A stretch of DNA of 64,000 nucleotides. It comes from an uncultured Clostridia bacterium. Lineage in GTDB: Bacteria; Bacillota; Clostridia; JAAYHZ01. Below, piece by piece: positions 1 to 10,685 of the stretch. The stretch lies in the NCBI GenBank assembly GCA_937894465.1, contig CALCRE010000293.1, positions 9,482 through 73,481 on the forward strand, given 5' to 3'. Position numbers and translations under genes: made by a program. The first letter of the stretch is position 1. Every line of letters begins with the position of its first letter. The notes under the pieces are model-generated. The model was not told where the DNA came from. It did no database searches and saw nothing but the letters and a program-made list of their open reading frames with translations.

Positions 1-713
1 AGCCGGATGTTTGGTCTTCGGAAAACGGAACGGACTGGGAATTGATAACCGACAACGCTCCTTGGGGACAAAGAGCATTGCATCACACTGTTGCATTCAA
101 AGACAAAATTTGGGTGATGGGAGGTCAAACGGTACCGGGGTTTGTTGCCAGTGAACCGAGAACCATCTATTACAATGATGTATGGAACTCCAAGGACGGG
201 AAACATTGGGATTTAGTGACCGAACATGCCCCATGGGAACCTAGAGGGATGATTGGAAACAGCGCAGTGTTCAAAGATCGCATGTGGTTACTCGGGGGAG
301 GCACATATGACACACCGGAATTTCCCGTCAGGAAATATTTTAATGATGTGTGGAGCTCTGCCGATGGCCTTAATTGGGAATTGCATACACAAAACAGCCC
401 TTGGAAAGCGAGACAGTATCATGAAATAGCTGCATATGACGGTCACATATGGGTAATGGAAGGTTTCGACGGGGTTTTTGAGATTCAATTACCGGATGGG
501 AGCAGAAAAAAGAAAAATCCGGATGGGAGTGGTAATATCAAGGATGTTTGGTACTCTTACGACGGTGTAAACTGGCATGAATTGCCCAATACACCATGGT
601 TGCCCAGACATGCGGCCAGTGTTACTGTTCATGACAATGCATTATGGATGGTAGCCGGAAACAATATGACCCCGGATGTGTGGAAGTTAGAAGCAAAAAC
701 CGTTGCAAGATAG
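1..713 (+). CDS. Kelch/galactose-oxidase-type beta-propeller repeat protein; only the C-terminal part is in the window (5' end lies outside)
   Basis: The reading frame has no stop between position 3 and the first listed codon (TTG at 42), so the ORF runs off the window start. It carries 4-5 repeats of about 50 aa with the pattern W(V/L)MGG...(Y)(F/Y)NDVW(S/N)S.DG..W.L. Confidence 0.5.
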   Translation, partial: PDVWSSENGTDWELITDNAPWGQRALHHTVAFKDKIWVMGGQTVPGFVASEPRTIYYNDVWNSKDGKHWDLVTEHAPWEPRGMIGNSAVFKDRMWLLGGGTYDTPEFPVRKYFNDVWSSADGLNWELHTQNSPWKARQYHEIAAYDGHIWVMEGFDGVFEIQLPDGSRKKKNPDGSGNIKDVWYSYDGVNWHELPNTPWLPRHAASVTVHDNALWMVAGNNMTPDVWKLEAKTVAR

Positions 714-853
714 GGATTTACTTGTTTTTATCAAAAATTGGATTATGTAAACTTCCTAAAAACTATTTACATTCTTACGTAGTTGTTATATATTTAAAAT
801 AGCAACATTTTATAAAAAAATCAATATTTTAAATTGATTGAAGGAGGAAAAGT

Positions 854-2845
854 ATGAGAAAAAGATCATTGATTGCGCTCTTGATTGTTGTTGTTATGAT
901 GACTGTTATGTTGTCGAGTTGCGAATCTTACAACCCGACTTACGACACTTTAGTTATTGCAACACAAACATTTGAAGGAAAGTTTAATCCCTTCTATGCA
1001 GAAAGCGCATACGACATGCAGGTTCTTGACCAAATATTCGTCAACCCGCAAATTGTGAACAAGGACAACGCTTTGGAGGACTGGGCAGGTTCCATTGATT
1101 ACAAGGAAATTACCGCACCGGACGGTCATACCCAAGTCGAGTACACCGTAAAGGTGAAAAAAGGTATGAAATTTACCGACGGAGAACCTGTAACCATTGA
1201 CGACCTTATCTATTCCTATTATGTGTATGCAGACCCGTCCTACACAGGACCGTCAAGCACATTCTACACCGAAGACATCGTCGGTTTAAAGGAATACTAT
1301 TATGACGACCCGAACTATTCCTCTATCATAGAAGGATATGCACAAACTGTCATAGATAAGTACAGCCAGGGCACCATTTCCAAAGAAGACTTTATTACAT
1401 ACCTGATTGAAACAGGTTTGGACGGCTGGTGGAATGGAAAACCGGATTCACAAATCGCAGAAAACTACACATGGTCTGATTACATCAAAGACGAAGGCTT
1501 TGAAGAACAACTTAAGAAAATCGACGCAAAAAATGCAGATCAAATGTTAGCTTTACTGGCTGATGTTGAATACACCAATTATGGAGAGTATTACGATCCG
1601 GCTCCTTGGTGGGAAGCAAAGCTTGCAGAAGATTATATCGCAGGCAACTTGGCTGACGGCATTACAGTTGAAACCATTTCCGGTATTACGAAAGTTGATG
1701 AATATACCTGTAAAGTTTTATATGATTCCGTTAATATCTACGGTGACCGTGCCATCAACGCACCTATAGTTCCTTCTCACTACTACGGATCCTTCTCAAA
1801 AGGTAATGCGGAAGCAGTGGTAAGTATTAATATGGATCAACCGATGGGTTCCGGTCCGTACATTTGGGGCGGATTCTCCGATAATATTGTCACAGCTACG
1901 GCAAACGACAGTTACTTCCAAGGAAAACCGTATATCAAGACGGTTAAATGGCAAGTATACAGTGATGACGATATATATGCAGCATTTGTTGCAGGAGACA
2001 TCGACATTGCTAACCCCACATTGAACAGAGAAAAATTACAAGAATACATCGATGCAGAATTGCATTATGACCTCGTTGACAACAACGGATACGGTTATTT
2101 AGCAATTAATGCGAAAAATGTTGACAAACAAGTTAGACAAGGATTCATGCATTTATTGAACCGTGCTCCTTCTGTTGAAGGATATTACGGAACAATGGCT
2201 CAATTAATCGAGCGTCCTATGACCACCACATTAGCTGAATATCCGGACGATGCAGAGGAATACTATGGATATGATCCTGCCAAAGCACTTGAAAAATTCA
2301 AGGCTGCCGGTTACGAACAAAAAGATGGCAAGCTGGTGAAAAACAATCAACAACTGGTGCTTAATGTTTACATCGGTGGAGACGGCGTCGGTGATCACCC
2401 GGGTTACGCTATGTTGACACAAGCTGAAAATGACTTGGCTGCAATGGGCGGCGAACTCATTATCAATGACGTTCAATTCTCAGTGTTGCAAAGTGCAATG
2501 AACAGCGGCGAAGCTGATATGTTCGTTCTTGCTTGGGGTACGGATACAACCTGTGACCAAAGAACAACCTATATGACCGGTGGAGGACAAAATCGTACTA
2601 ACATTAGCAACAAAGAACTCGATGGCTTGCTTGAAGAAGTTGTTGTAACCATGGATTTGAAAGAAAGATCCGAAAAGGTAGCAAGAGCTTTGGATATCGT
2701 CATGGAGGAAGCTGTTGAAATGCCTCTTTATCAGAGAAAGAACGGCTATGTCTATAATCCTGTTACTGTAGACATTTCAACATTACCTGAAACAACAACA
2801 TATTGGAACTACGAAAGAGTTCTGTATAAATTAAAACTCAACTAA
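854..2845 (+). CDS. oppA: ABC transporter substrate-binding lipoprotein, family 5 (oligopeptide/dipeptide OppA/DppA type)
   Basis: N-terminal lipoprotein signal peptide with lipobox LSSC. It is 663 aa and has SBP family-5-like composition. It is the first gene of an operon with two permeases and two ATPases. A GGAGG RBS lies 8 nt upstream. Confidence 0.8.
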   Translation: MRKRSLIALLIVVVMMTVMLSSCESYNPTYDTLVIATQTFEGKFNPFYAESAYDMQVLDQIFVNPQIVNKDNALEDWAGSIDYKEITAPDGHTQVEYTVKVKKGMKFTDGEPVTIDDLIYSYYVYADPSYTGPSSTFYTEDIVGLKEYYYDDPNYSSIIEGYAQTVIDKYSQGTISKEDFITYLIETGLDGWWNGKPDSQIAENYTWSDYIKDEGFEEQLKKIDAKNADQMLALLADVEYTNYGEYYDPAPWWEAKLAEDYIAGNLADGITVETISGITKVDEYTCKVLYDSVNIYGDRAINAPIVPSHYYGSFSKGNAEAVVSINMDQPMGSGPYIWGGFSDNIVTATANDSYFQGKPYIKTVKWQVYSDDDIYAAFVAGDIDIANPTLNREKLQEYIDAELHYDLVDNNGYGYLAINAKNVDKQVRQGFMHLLNRAPSVEGYYGTMAQLIERPMTTTLAEYPDDAEEYYGYDPAKALEKFKAAGYEQKDGKLVKNNQQLVLNVYIGGDGVGDHPGYAMLTQAENDLAAMGGELIINDVQFSVLQSAMNSGEADMFVLAWGTDTTCDQRTTYMTGGGQNRTNISNKELDGLLEEVVVTMDLKERSEKVARALDIVMEEAVEMPLYQRKNGYVYNPVTVDISTLPETTTYWNYERVLYKLKLN

Positions 2846-2865
2846 AAGAAAATTTTAATAAACTA

Positions 2866-2900
2866 AAATCTCTCCGTTGTGAACAACAACGGAGAGATTT
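2866..2900 (+). terminator. Rho-independent hairpin between oppA and oppB (partial terminator or attenuator inside the operon)
   Basis: The stem tctctccgttgt / acaacggagaga is followed by a T-rich tract immediately after the oppA stop. Confidence 0.6.
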
Positions 2901-3022
2901 ATTATATCTAATTTTAACCGGTAAAATTAACTAACTAATATACAACGACAATGCCGGTTGACAACGAGATGATAACCATCTCTATACCATTTAATATTAC
3001 TTCAAAGGGAAGGGAAGAAAAA

Positions 3023-4000
3023 ATGAAACAATACATTATCAAAAGGGTGATGATCAGTTTCATAGTATTAATCGGCGTTTCAATAATGCTATTTTCTATT
3101 ACCAGACTTATGCCGTCTGATTTTGTCGATTTATCAACCGCTAATAACTTGAAGATTACAGAGGAACAAAAAGAGCATTTACGGGAATTATACGGTTTGA
3201 ATACAGGAATTGTTGAAGGTTATTTTTCATGGCTTGGAAACGTTTTAAGAGGTAACTTAGGTGTTTCCTTATACTATAAGAGACCTGTCACAGAATTGAT
3301 TAAAGAATATGCGCCTGTTACTTTTTCAGTCGCAATTATTGCATTGATATTAGAATTGCTTATAGCCATACCTTTAGGTATCTTAGCCGCTACAAAACAA
3401 TACACGAAGGTTGACTATATGATTACAACTATAGCATTTATGGGTATATCATTACCTATATTCTTTTTTGCTGTTATATTAAAGCGAATATTCGGCCCAT
3501 TGGGTTTAAATATCCTGCCTGTAGCAGGAATGCTGAATGCCCGTGTCACTTACACAGGATTTTCATTTGCTAAATTAATGGATTATGGACGACATTTGAT
3601 TCTGCCAATCAGCTGCTTTGTCATTACCAGCGTAGGCGGTTTGTTACGCTATACCCGCACCAATATGCTGGAGGTTCTTAATTCAGATTATGTAAGAACC
3701 GCTCGTGCAAAGGGTTTGCCGGAGAAAAAGGTCATAGGAAAACACGCTTTTAGAAACACATTGATCCCCATTGTTACCATGGTGGGTGGTATGCTACCGG
3801 GTTTGTTTTCCGGTGCCGCTATCACAGAAGGTTTGTTTTCAATCGAAGGATTAGGGCAAATGGCATTAACCGCTTCTTACCAAGCGGATATTCCATACCT
3901 TATGGGATTTAATATGTTTCTTGCAGTTATGACGCTGATCGGCACATTATTATCTGACATTCTTTACGCTGTCGTAGACCCGCGTATTCGATACAGTTAG
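3023..4000 (+). CDS. oppB: oligopeptide ABC transporter permease (OppB/DppB type)
   Basis: It has multiple TM segments and the BPD transport-system inner-membrane signature region (RTARAKGL...). The listed ORF starts at 2951, but the ATG at 3023 (MKQYIIKRV) has an RBS, so the true start is probably there. Confidence 0.8.
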   Translation: MKQYIIKRVMISFIVLIGVSIMLFSITRLMPSDFVDLSTANNLKITEEQKEHLRELYGLNTGIVEGYFSWLGNVLRGNLGVSLYYKRPVTELIKEYAPVTFSVAIIALILELLIAIPLGILAATKQYTKVDYMITTIAFMGISLPIFFFAVILKRIFGPLGLNILPVAGMLNARVTYTGFSFAKLMDYGRHLILPISCFVITSVGGLLRYTRTNMLEVLNSDYVRTARAKGLPEKKVIGKHAFRNTLIPIVTMVGGMLPGLFSGAAITEGLFSIEGLGQMALTASYQADIPYLMGFNMFLAVMTLIGTLLSDILYAVVDPRIRYS

Positions 4001-4011
4001 GAGGCGATTTC

Positions 4012-5334
4012 ATGCAAGATAACAACAATAACTATAACGAGGGTAATGACCAGCTGGAGAAAAACAGGGTGTTTTTATCACCGGGGCAATTAGTCATGAG
4101 ACGATTTATAAGGAATAAGGCAGCGGTGTTAGGAATCACTGTTCTTATTGCAATGATTCTGTTTTGCTTTATTGGACCCCTTTTAATGCCCTACACCGAA
4201 ACCGAGCTATTTTATATGGCCAAGGAACAATATACCATGATCACCGATCAAGGTTCTGTCATTAGTTTTATCAAAGAAATAGACGACAGTTATTCCTACT
4301 ATGGAGAAAAAACATATGGAAAAATGAAGACCAGATCTCCTTTTGCGGAAACAACCAAAGGTGCTTTGTCATCTATAGAAGACCGTGATTTGTCATCCAT
4401 CACATCCAAAAAAGGAGATGTAAAATATTATATAAGCTTTATAAACGGTGTTAAAAAGAGCGAACAAGCCGTTGTTGCTTTCTATGAAGACGGGACAACC
4501 GCATTGAATGTGTTAACCGATTCCGGTTATGTAACCATAAATGGATCTTGGGAATATCACTTGATGGAAGAAATTCGCATGACCGATCCCCGCATCGTTA
4601 ATTCGATATTGTATGTAAAGGCACCTCCTTCTAAAAACCACCTTTTAGGTACCGACCAAGGAGGCCGGGACATGCTGACAAGACTTATGTACGGCGGTAG
4701 GGTTTCCTTGCTGGTGGGTTTGTGCGTTGTCATCGTGGAATTATTAATCGGTGTGACTTTAGGAGGTATCGCCGGATATTACGGTGGAAAAATCGATATG
4801 ATCATCATGAGGATGGTTGAAATATTCTACGCCATCCCCTTCATTCCATTGATGCTTATCATATCTTCCATCATGTTGCAATTACGAATATCGCCTGCTA
4901 ATAAGATCTATTATATTATGATTGTAATGGGGGTCCTGTATTGGGCCAGCGTTGCGAGAATGATACGCGGGCAGATTCTATCTTTACGGGAAATGGAGTA
5001 TATGCAAGCCGCAGAAGCTTTAGGATTAAGAACATCCCGTAAGATATTCAAACACTTGATACCCAACGTCATGCCGTTGATTATTGTTATGGCTACCATG
5101 GATTTGGGAAGTATTATTTTAACCGAGTCCACAATGAGTTTCTTGGGTGTTGGTGTAGCCGCACCTTATGCATCATGGGGAAATATGGTCAGTGCCGTAA
5201 CAACATCCACCGTCATGAAAAACAATCCTTGGATTTGGATTCCACCCGGAATATGTATCTTGGTCACTGTTTTAGCATTTAACTTTGTCGGAGACGGTTT
5301 GCGAGATGCATTCGATCCCAAGATGAAACGATAG
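4012..5334 (+). CDS. oppC: oligopeptide ABC transporter permease (OppC/DppC type) with a long extracytoplasmic insertion after TM1
   Basis: A TM1 is followed by a hydrophilic stretch of about 170 aa, then a canonical OppC core (GTDQGGRD...; an EAA-like region). The RBS is AGGAGG. Confidence 0.8.
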   Translation: MQDNNNNYNEGNDQLEKNRVFLSPGQLVMRRFIRNKAAVLGITVLIAMILFCFIGPLLMPYTETELFYMAKEQYTMITDQGSVISFIKEIDDSYSYYGEKTYGKMKTRSPFAETTKGALSSIEDRDLSSITSKKGDVKYYISFINGVKKSEQAVVAFYEDGTTALNVLTDSGYVTINGSWEYHLMEEIRMTDPRIVNSILYVKAPPSKNHLLGTDQGGRDMLTRLMYGGRVSLLVGLCVVIVELLIGVTLGGIAGYYGGKIDMIIMRMVEIFYAIPFIPLMLIISSIMLQLRISPANKIYYIMIVMGVLYWASVARMIRGQILSLREMEYMQAAEALGLRTSRKIFKHLIPNVMPLIIVMATMDLGSIILTESTMSFLGVGVAAPYASWGNMVSAVTTSTVMKNNPWIWIPPGICILVTVLAFNFVGDGLRDAFDPKMKR

Positions 5335-5346
5335 GCAGGTGATGAA

Positions 5347-6507
5347 ATGGATAAAAATAAAAATAATACACGATTAAAAGAAATTAAAAAGTTTAACAAT
5401 ATAAAATACCGGGAACACACAAAAGCACAAAAGCGCAAGCGTATCCCGGAAAGTGAATATGTAACCACTATGAAAGATCCGAACAACATCTTGGAAATTG
5501 ATAATCTCAAGACGTATTTTTATACCGACATCGGAACAGTGAAGGCGGTAGACGGAGTTACATTCGATGTGCCCATCGGAAAAACGGTTGGTGTAGTGGG
5601 TGAATCCGGCTGCGGTAAAAGTGTTACCAGCTTATCCATCATGCGCTTGTTACAGGCCCCTCAAGGGCAAATTTCCGGAGGACAGATACGATTTAATCAA
5701 GCATCCCGGAACCGTGCAGTGGATATTACCAAAATGCCATTACAAGAATTAGAAAAGATCAGAGGTAATGATCTCGCTATGATCTTCCAAGAGCCTATGA
5801 CTTCATTAAATCCGGTTTTCACAATCGGAGATCAGATTGACGAGAGTATTCAGTTACACAATCCCAATTTGAATAAAAAGGAAGTGAAGGCTCGTACGAT
5901 AGAAATGTTAAATTTGGTTGGTATCGCCAACCCGGAGGGGATTTATAAGAACTATCCACACGAGCTCTCCGGTGGGATGAGGCAACGTGCCATGATTGCC
6001 ATGGCTTTGTCCTGTGATCCCCAATTAATCATTGCAGACGAACCTACAACAGCATTAGATGTTACTATACAAGCCCAAATACTGGACTTATTGGTAAACC
6101 TAAAAGATAAGATCAACTCCTCTATCATGTTGATCACCCATGATTTGGGTGTCATAGCCGAAACAGCAGATTTTGTTGTTGTAATGTATGCCGGTAGGAT
6201 TGTGGAGCAAGGGACTGCGGAAGAAATCTTTTACAACCCCAGCCATCCTTACACTGTAGGGCTTATGAAATCACGTCCTTCATTAAATGCCAATGAAAAG
6301 AGACTGTATTCCATACCGGGGAATGTGCCGAACCCTATTAACTTACCTAACTTTTGTTATTATAAAAACAGGTGCGAATTTGCCACAGAAAAGTGCGAAG
6401 GAAAATATCCGGCATTGTTCTCATTAAGCGATACACACAAGGTTTGCTGCTATCACCCTATAAAAGGGAATTTTACGTTAGGAGAAGATGATAAAAATGA
6501 AGAATAA
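5347..6507 (+). CDS. oppD: oligopeptide ABC transporter ATP-binding protein (OppD type)
   Basis: Walker A motif [11 protein letters not shown] signature LSGGMRQR and Walker [13 protein letters not shown] are present. The C-terminal region is the oligopeptide-ATPase type. It has an N-terminal K-rich extension of about 45 aa. Confidence 0.85.
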   Translation: MDKNKNNTRLKEIKKFNNIKYREHTKAQKRKRIPESEYVTTMKDPNNILEIDNLKTYFYTDIGTVKAVDGVTFDVPIGKTVGVVGESGCGKSVTSLSIMRLLQAPQGQISGGQIRFNQASRNRAVDITKMPLQELEKIRGNDLAMIFQEPMTSLNPVFTIGDQIDESIQLHNPNLNKKEVKARTIEMLNLVGIANPEGIYKNYPHELSGGMRQRAMIAMALSCDPQLIIADEPTTALDVTIQAQILDLLVNLKDKINSSIMLITHDLGVIAETADFVVVMYAGRIVEQGTAEEIFYNPSHPYTVGLMKSRPSLNANEKRLYSIPGNVPNPINLPNFCYYKNRCEFATEKCEGKYPALFSLSDTHKVCCYHPIKGNFTLGEDDKNEE

Positions 6508-7531
6508 CAATCTCATAGAAGTTAGTAACCTCAAAACGTACTTTCCCATCAAGTCCGGTGTATTTCAAAGAACCGTAGGCCACGTTAAAGCAGTGGATGA
6601 TGTGAGTTTCTCCATTAAAAGAGGTCAAACATTCGGCTTGGTGGGAGAATCGGGTTGCGGAAAAACCACCATTGGACGTACGTTATTGCGTTTGATACAA
6701 CCGACGGCCGGCTCCGTTATCATAAACGATGTCGACGTGTTTAAATTAAAGTCCGACGAACTCAGGGCAATGCGGAAAAAGATGCAAATCATATTCCAAG
6801 ACCCTTATTCCTCCTTAAATCCCCGTTTACCGGTGGGGGAAATCATCGGTGAAGCGGTACGAGAACATTATTTGCGTAAAGATGGTAGCGGGGAATTACT
6901 TTTTGGTGATAACAACACCGAACTGACGAAGGAAACTTATCGTGATTATGTGCTGCAAGTGATGGATGATTGTGGTCTGCGTCCATATTTCATCGATCGG
7001 TATCCACACGAGTTCTCCGGAGGCCAAAGGCAAAGAATTTGTATTGCTCGTGCATTAGCGTTAAATCCACAACTGATTATTGCGGACGAACCGGTTTCCG
7101 CACTGGATGTATCTATCCAGGCTCAAATTATTAATTTATTGAAAAAGCTTCAGGATGAAAGACAACTGACCTATTTGTTCATTTCTCATGACTTATCGGT
7201 GGTGGAATATATATCGGATACGGTAGCAGTGATGTATTTAGGAAATATTGTAGAAATGGCACCTAAGAAAAAACTTTTTGCAAACCCCTTGCATCCTTAC
7301 TCGGAAGCCTTGCTTTCTGCCGTACCTTATCCGGATCCGGCAAGACGCCATACAAAAAAGAGGATCATCTTAGAAGGTGATATTCCGTCTCCGGCAAATC
7401 CTCCGAAAGGATGCCGGTTCCACACCAGATGTCCTTATGCAAAGGAAATTTGTGCGGAGCAAGTACCGGAATACAAGGAAGTTGCTCCGGAGCACTTCTG
7501 CATGTGTCATAAGGTGAACGGTTTGTTTTGA
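6488..7531 (+). CDS. oppF: oligopeptide ABC transporter ATP-binding protein (OppF type)
   Basis: Walker A motif GESGCGKTT, signature FSGGQRQR and Walker [13 protein letters not shown] are present. Its start overlaps the 3' end of oppD. Confidence 0.85.
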   Translation: MIKMKNNNLIEVSNLKTYFPIKSGVFQRTVGHVKAVDDVSFSIKRGQTFGLVGESGCGKTTIGRTLLRLIQPTAGSVIINDVDVFKLKSDELRAMRKKMQIIFQDPYSSLNPRLPVGEIIGEAVREHYLRKDGSGELLFGDNNTELTKETYRDYVLQVMDDCGLRPYFIDRYPHEFSGGQRQRICIARALALNPQLIIADEPVSALDVSIQAQIINLLKKLQDERQLTYLFISHDLSVVEYISDTVAVMYLGNIVEMAPKKKLFANPLHPYSEALLSAVPYPDPARRHTKKRIILEGDIPSPANPPKGCRFHTRCPYAKEICAEQVPEYKEVAPEHFCMCHKVNGLF

Positions 7532-7570
7532 CAATAACTAATATCAGAGAATATATAAAATCATGGTGTA

Positions 7571-7600
7571 AAAAGGAGATCCAAAGATCTCCTTTTTGTT
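7571..7600. terminator. Bidirectional rho-independent terminator between convergent oppF and the large minus-strand gene
   Basis: Palindrome aaaaaggagatc-caaa-gatctccttttt with A/T runs on both sides. Confidence 0.7.
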
Positions 7601-7611
7601 GCCTAACAAAC

Positions 7612-10600
7612 CTAAGTCGTGCGTAAAACGGGGATCTCGAAAGAAGCATTTTCTTTGAACAAATAGGTATAGTTCCCCTCTTGATCCCTTCCCTTAACGG
7701 TTGTACGATTTAAGATCAAGCGATAACAATTGTTTTCTTGTAAATATGCATCAACGATTTCATAAGACGCATTCCATGGACCTGCAGGTTGAATATGAAT
7801 TGTTCTGCCAATGATTTCGGTCAATAAATCAGGTGCTTGATCAAAGATTACATCCACAAAATGATATTCACTGAATTGCTTTTCAAAATCCTTTATACAT
7901 CCTCTTATGCTCTCGTAAGGAGAAGACAGAGCAAATTGATATCCTTTTTCTCCATATTCAAGTAAAGTTCCTTTGGATAACAAAGCATAAAGCACTTTAC
8001 CCTCTTTGGTTCTCAAAAAGCCCAACCTTCCTTTAAATCGGATCTTGTCATCCACTAAAAATTCCGTATCTTCACAAACACTAGAGCATATATAATCAAC
8101 GGTCCCACCTGATAACAAAACCTTCACACCACCGGCCACATATCCGGGATGGCCTTTCATACTGCCGGGATCCATTACCTTGATACTGACTTCTTCAAGA
8201 TGAACGATCTCGGGTTGACCTTCATATGCCTCATACACCGATGTGAATCGGCTTTTTAAGCCCCTACCCCTTTTGACAGCCAATAAGTAATTCAAGTATT
8301 TAGGGTTTCCCGGCTTGTTTTGTGGCGGCTTTCCTTTGGCTTTGATGATCTCACTAAAAGAACCTAAAAGCCAAGCTTTGAAGGATATCGATTCAATTTT
8401 TCCCTTTGTGACACCCCAGGTGTCTTTTACCTGCCAAATCGCTTCAATATTATTTCCCGGAGAATTACACTGTTCCACATCATACAGATAGCTTAATCCG
8501 GAACCCACTCCTTTGTGTCGATCACGGTTATCTCCATAGGCAATGTCAACTCCTGCCACAGTACCCGGTTTCTTTTCTAACTCCACTCCTTTCATCGTTA
8601 AAGGACCTTCACCTCCATGGAGTGAGAATCGGTGCAATTCGCCTCCGGACACTCGAAAGAAATCCACTATATATGCTTTACCCGGTGAAACCTCAATCAT
8701 GGACAAAGAGCGATTATACATATCAGCATTATCATAAACATCCGGTGCATCCACATCGATATATTTTACAATACTGTCATCTTCAAATCCTTTCACATAA
8801 CCCGGGTGATAAGTTGTTTTTTGACACTGATCATCTACCATGACACAATTATGGCTGAGGGTATGGTTATTCCATTCCAAGCGATTATGAAATCCCGCTT
8901 CGCAGTATTCCGGATAACCTAAATCCGGAGAAATGTTGATTCCTTTATAAAACAGCTCAAAATTTAACTTGTCCCAATGACCGTGGCCTACCGTTCTGCC
9001 GTAATAAAAATTAACAAAGTTGCCGTCTTTCTCAGGCTGTCTTAAAATGCAGTTGCCAAATCCACAGGCATTGTCTGATTTTTCATAAAATTTCATCTCA
9101 GAAAGATCGGCTTGTTTTAGCAACTCCATCATTTTTTCTTTGCCGGTGATTCGGGAGCTTTCAAATTTTCCTTTCTTCGCATCCGGCCACACCATATTGA
9201 TATATGTCAATATTCGTGGATCCTTTGTCAAAAAATATCCATCAACTAACAGCTTTAAGTCCTCAGAACCGGTCAATATTAAACCCGGATTCCCAGTACT
9301 CCCGTTATCCCCTATATTCGGGACATATCTTTCGTCAATTACCCAAGGCATATAACTTTTATACATCATGAGCATTTTGGGATGCCGGTTGATATCATAA
9401 GCCGATCCTTTGATTCCAGGATAAAAAGACAGAATATCGGCTAATCGATAAAGCTGACGTAGCCACAAACAGTTATAACCTAAAGAACATTCATCTCCCA
9501 TCCCGTCTCGATCCACCTTGTTCTCAAGTACACCAAATATATTTCCTCCGGTAACATGGACACTAATTTTCATCTTAGGGTGCTTTTCCGAAAAGGAACT
9601 CCCGGAGCGAAAGAGAAAGTCCAACCATTCTTCAGACTCTTCACATCGACCCATACAAACAGCTGCCATTGCCAAAGCAGCTTGGTGCATCCCTTCATTT
9701 CCTAAAATTGAGCCGTTTTTAACACCTGGATACACCTGACGAACAATTCCATCTATAATCGATTCTTCAATTTTTTGTACGTTAACTGTTGCAAAAGGTT
9801 GAAAAGCCTCCTCGATCTCTTTAGGGTACCGGTCTAATACAGGTAAAAACGCATCAGCGGCTTCACATAATCCCTCCGAGAAAAACGTTTCCCAAATGCT
9901 TCCAACCACTTTGCCCTGCAAACGGTGTCCGTCACTATTCCTGTATGGTCGACCGGGACGGCGCATCCAAACATTTAAATCCATGGAAGGATAAATCATT
10001 GAGACCCTGTATAACAAAATTAAGCCTGTGATTGCATAACGCACATCACCTGTATATACCCATGCATCTGCCAAGTGACGAAGTACAGTATGAATATTCC
10101 CTGTTTGATTTTTTTCCCGCCCGTTTAATCCCAACCATATACCCCAATGATGGTAGTAAGCGGCAAAAGCCCAGCTGTGTCCGTTTTCATCAATATATCC
10201 GGTTCCGTCATCCACATACTTCTCCGGTCCGTATTGAGGATATATCTCATTGACCAGCAAAGATCGGTCTGCAAGCTCGCTTTCAAAAAAGCCATCTTGA
10301 TTCAATCCACTGTCGTAAAACCTCTTAAAATCATTGCTTGGAAACTTCATTCCGCAATTAGGACATTGAATTTTCCACGTATTGTTTTCCGTCAAGCAGA
10401 TCCAACCGTATGTACCGTATTTGTTTAAAAATTCATCTCCACATTCAGGGCAACCACTAATGGTCTCTCCTGGTACCGCTCCCCGCGGAATAGAATTGCC
10501 AGCGACAAAATTCCACCAAAATTCATTTCCGTTACATAAATGCTTGTCTGCTTGCTCAACAGTTTTTTTCATATGCCAATTCACACCCGGATCGGAATTG

Positions 10601-10656
10601 GCATTGCATTGTATTGTCTTGATCATCTCGGGATTATAGTAATTACCACCTCTCAT
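7612..10656 (-). CDS. Large cytoplasmic protein (1014 aa) with an N-terminal Cys-rich zinc-ribbon-like region and a C-terminal heparinase II/III-like (polysaccharide-lyase superfamily) region
   Basis: There is no signal peptide. Residues 1-130 contain CxxC...CxxC pairs (CPECGDEF...CPNCGMKF). The C-terminal third contains GHGHWDKLNFELFYKG...DLGYPEY, which resembles the H-x-H-x-D/Y core of heparinase II/III-like proteins (alginate-lyase fold). Only 29 nt separate it from the HD hydrolase gene upstream. Confidence 0.45.
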   Translation of the reverse strand: MRGGNYYNPEMIKTIQCNANSDPGVNWHMKKTVEQADKHLCNGNEFWWNFVAGNSIPRGAVPGETISGCPECGDEFLNKYGTYGWICLTENNTWKIQCPNCGMKFPSNDFKRFYDSGLNQDGFFESELADRSLLVNEIYPQYGPEKYVDDGTGYIDENGHSWAFAAYYHHWGIWLGLNGREKNQTGNIHTVLRHLADAWVYTGDVRYAITGLILLYRVSMIYPSMDLNVWMRRPGRPYRNSDGHRLQGKVVGSIWETFFSEGLCEAADAFLPVLDRYPKEIEEAFQPFATVNVQKIEESIIDGIVRQVYPGVKNGSILGNEGMHQAALAMAAVCMGRCEESEEWLDFLFRSGSSFSEKHPKMKISVHVTGGNIFGVLENKVDRDGMGDECSLGYNCLWLRQLYRLADILSFYPGIKGSAYDINRHPKMLMMYKSYMPWVIDERYVPNIGDNGSTGNPGLILTGSEDLKLLVDGYFLTKDPRILTYINMVWPDAKKGKFESSRITGKEKMMELLKQADLSEMKFYEKSDNACGFGNCILRQPEKDGNFVNFYYGRTVGHGHWDKLNFELFYKGINISPDLGYPEYCEAGFHNRLEWNNHTLSHNCVMVDDQCQKTTYHPGYVKGFEDDSIVKYIDVDAPDVYDNADMYNRSLSMIEVSPGKAYIVDFFRVSGGELHRFSLHGGEGPLTMKGVELEKKPGTVAGVDIAYGDNRDRHKGVGSGLSYLYDVEQCNSPGNNIEAIWQVKDTWGVTKGKIESISFKAWLLGSFSEIIKAKGKPPQNKPGNPKYLNYLLAVKRGRGLKSRFTSVYEAYEGQPEIVHLEEVSIKVMDPGSMKGHPGYVAGGVKVLLSGGTVDYICSSVCEDTEFLVDDKIRFKGRLGFLRTKEGKVLYALLSKGTLLEYGEKGYQFALSSPYESIRGCIKDFEKQFSEYHFVDVIFDQAPDLLTEIIGRTIHIQPAGPWNASYEIVDAYLQENNCYRLILNRTTVKGRDQEGNYTYLFKENASFEIPVLRTT

Positions 10657-10685
10657 ACGTACCTCCTAAATATCAAAAAAGAGCC

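Noticed and set aside
288-488. Numerous 60-150-aa ORFs on the strand opposite to, or overlapping, long conserved genes. Examples: 288..488, 950..1135, 8543..8737, 10540..10995, 19717..19977, 24484..24861, 36913..37239, 47541..48149, 53892..54299, 56447..57046 and 59851..60393.
   Set aside because: All lie entirely inside strongly supported protein-coding genes on the other strand or frame. They lack RBSs and have low-complexity or antisense-type composition. They were treated as frame shadows.
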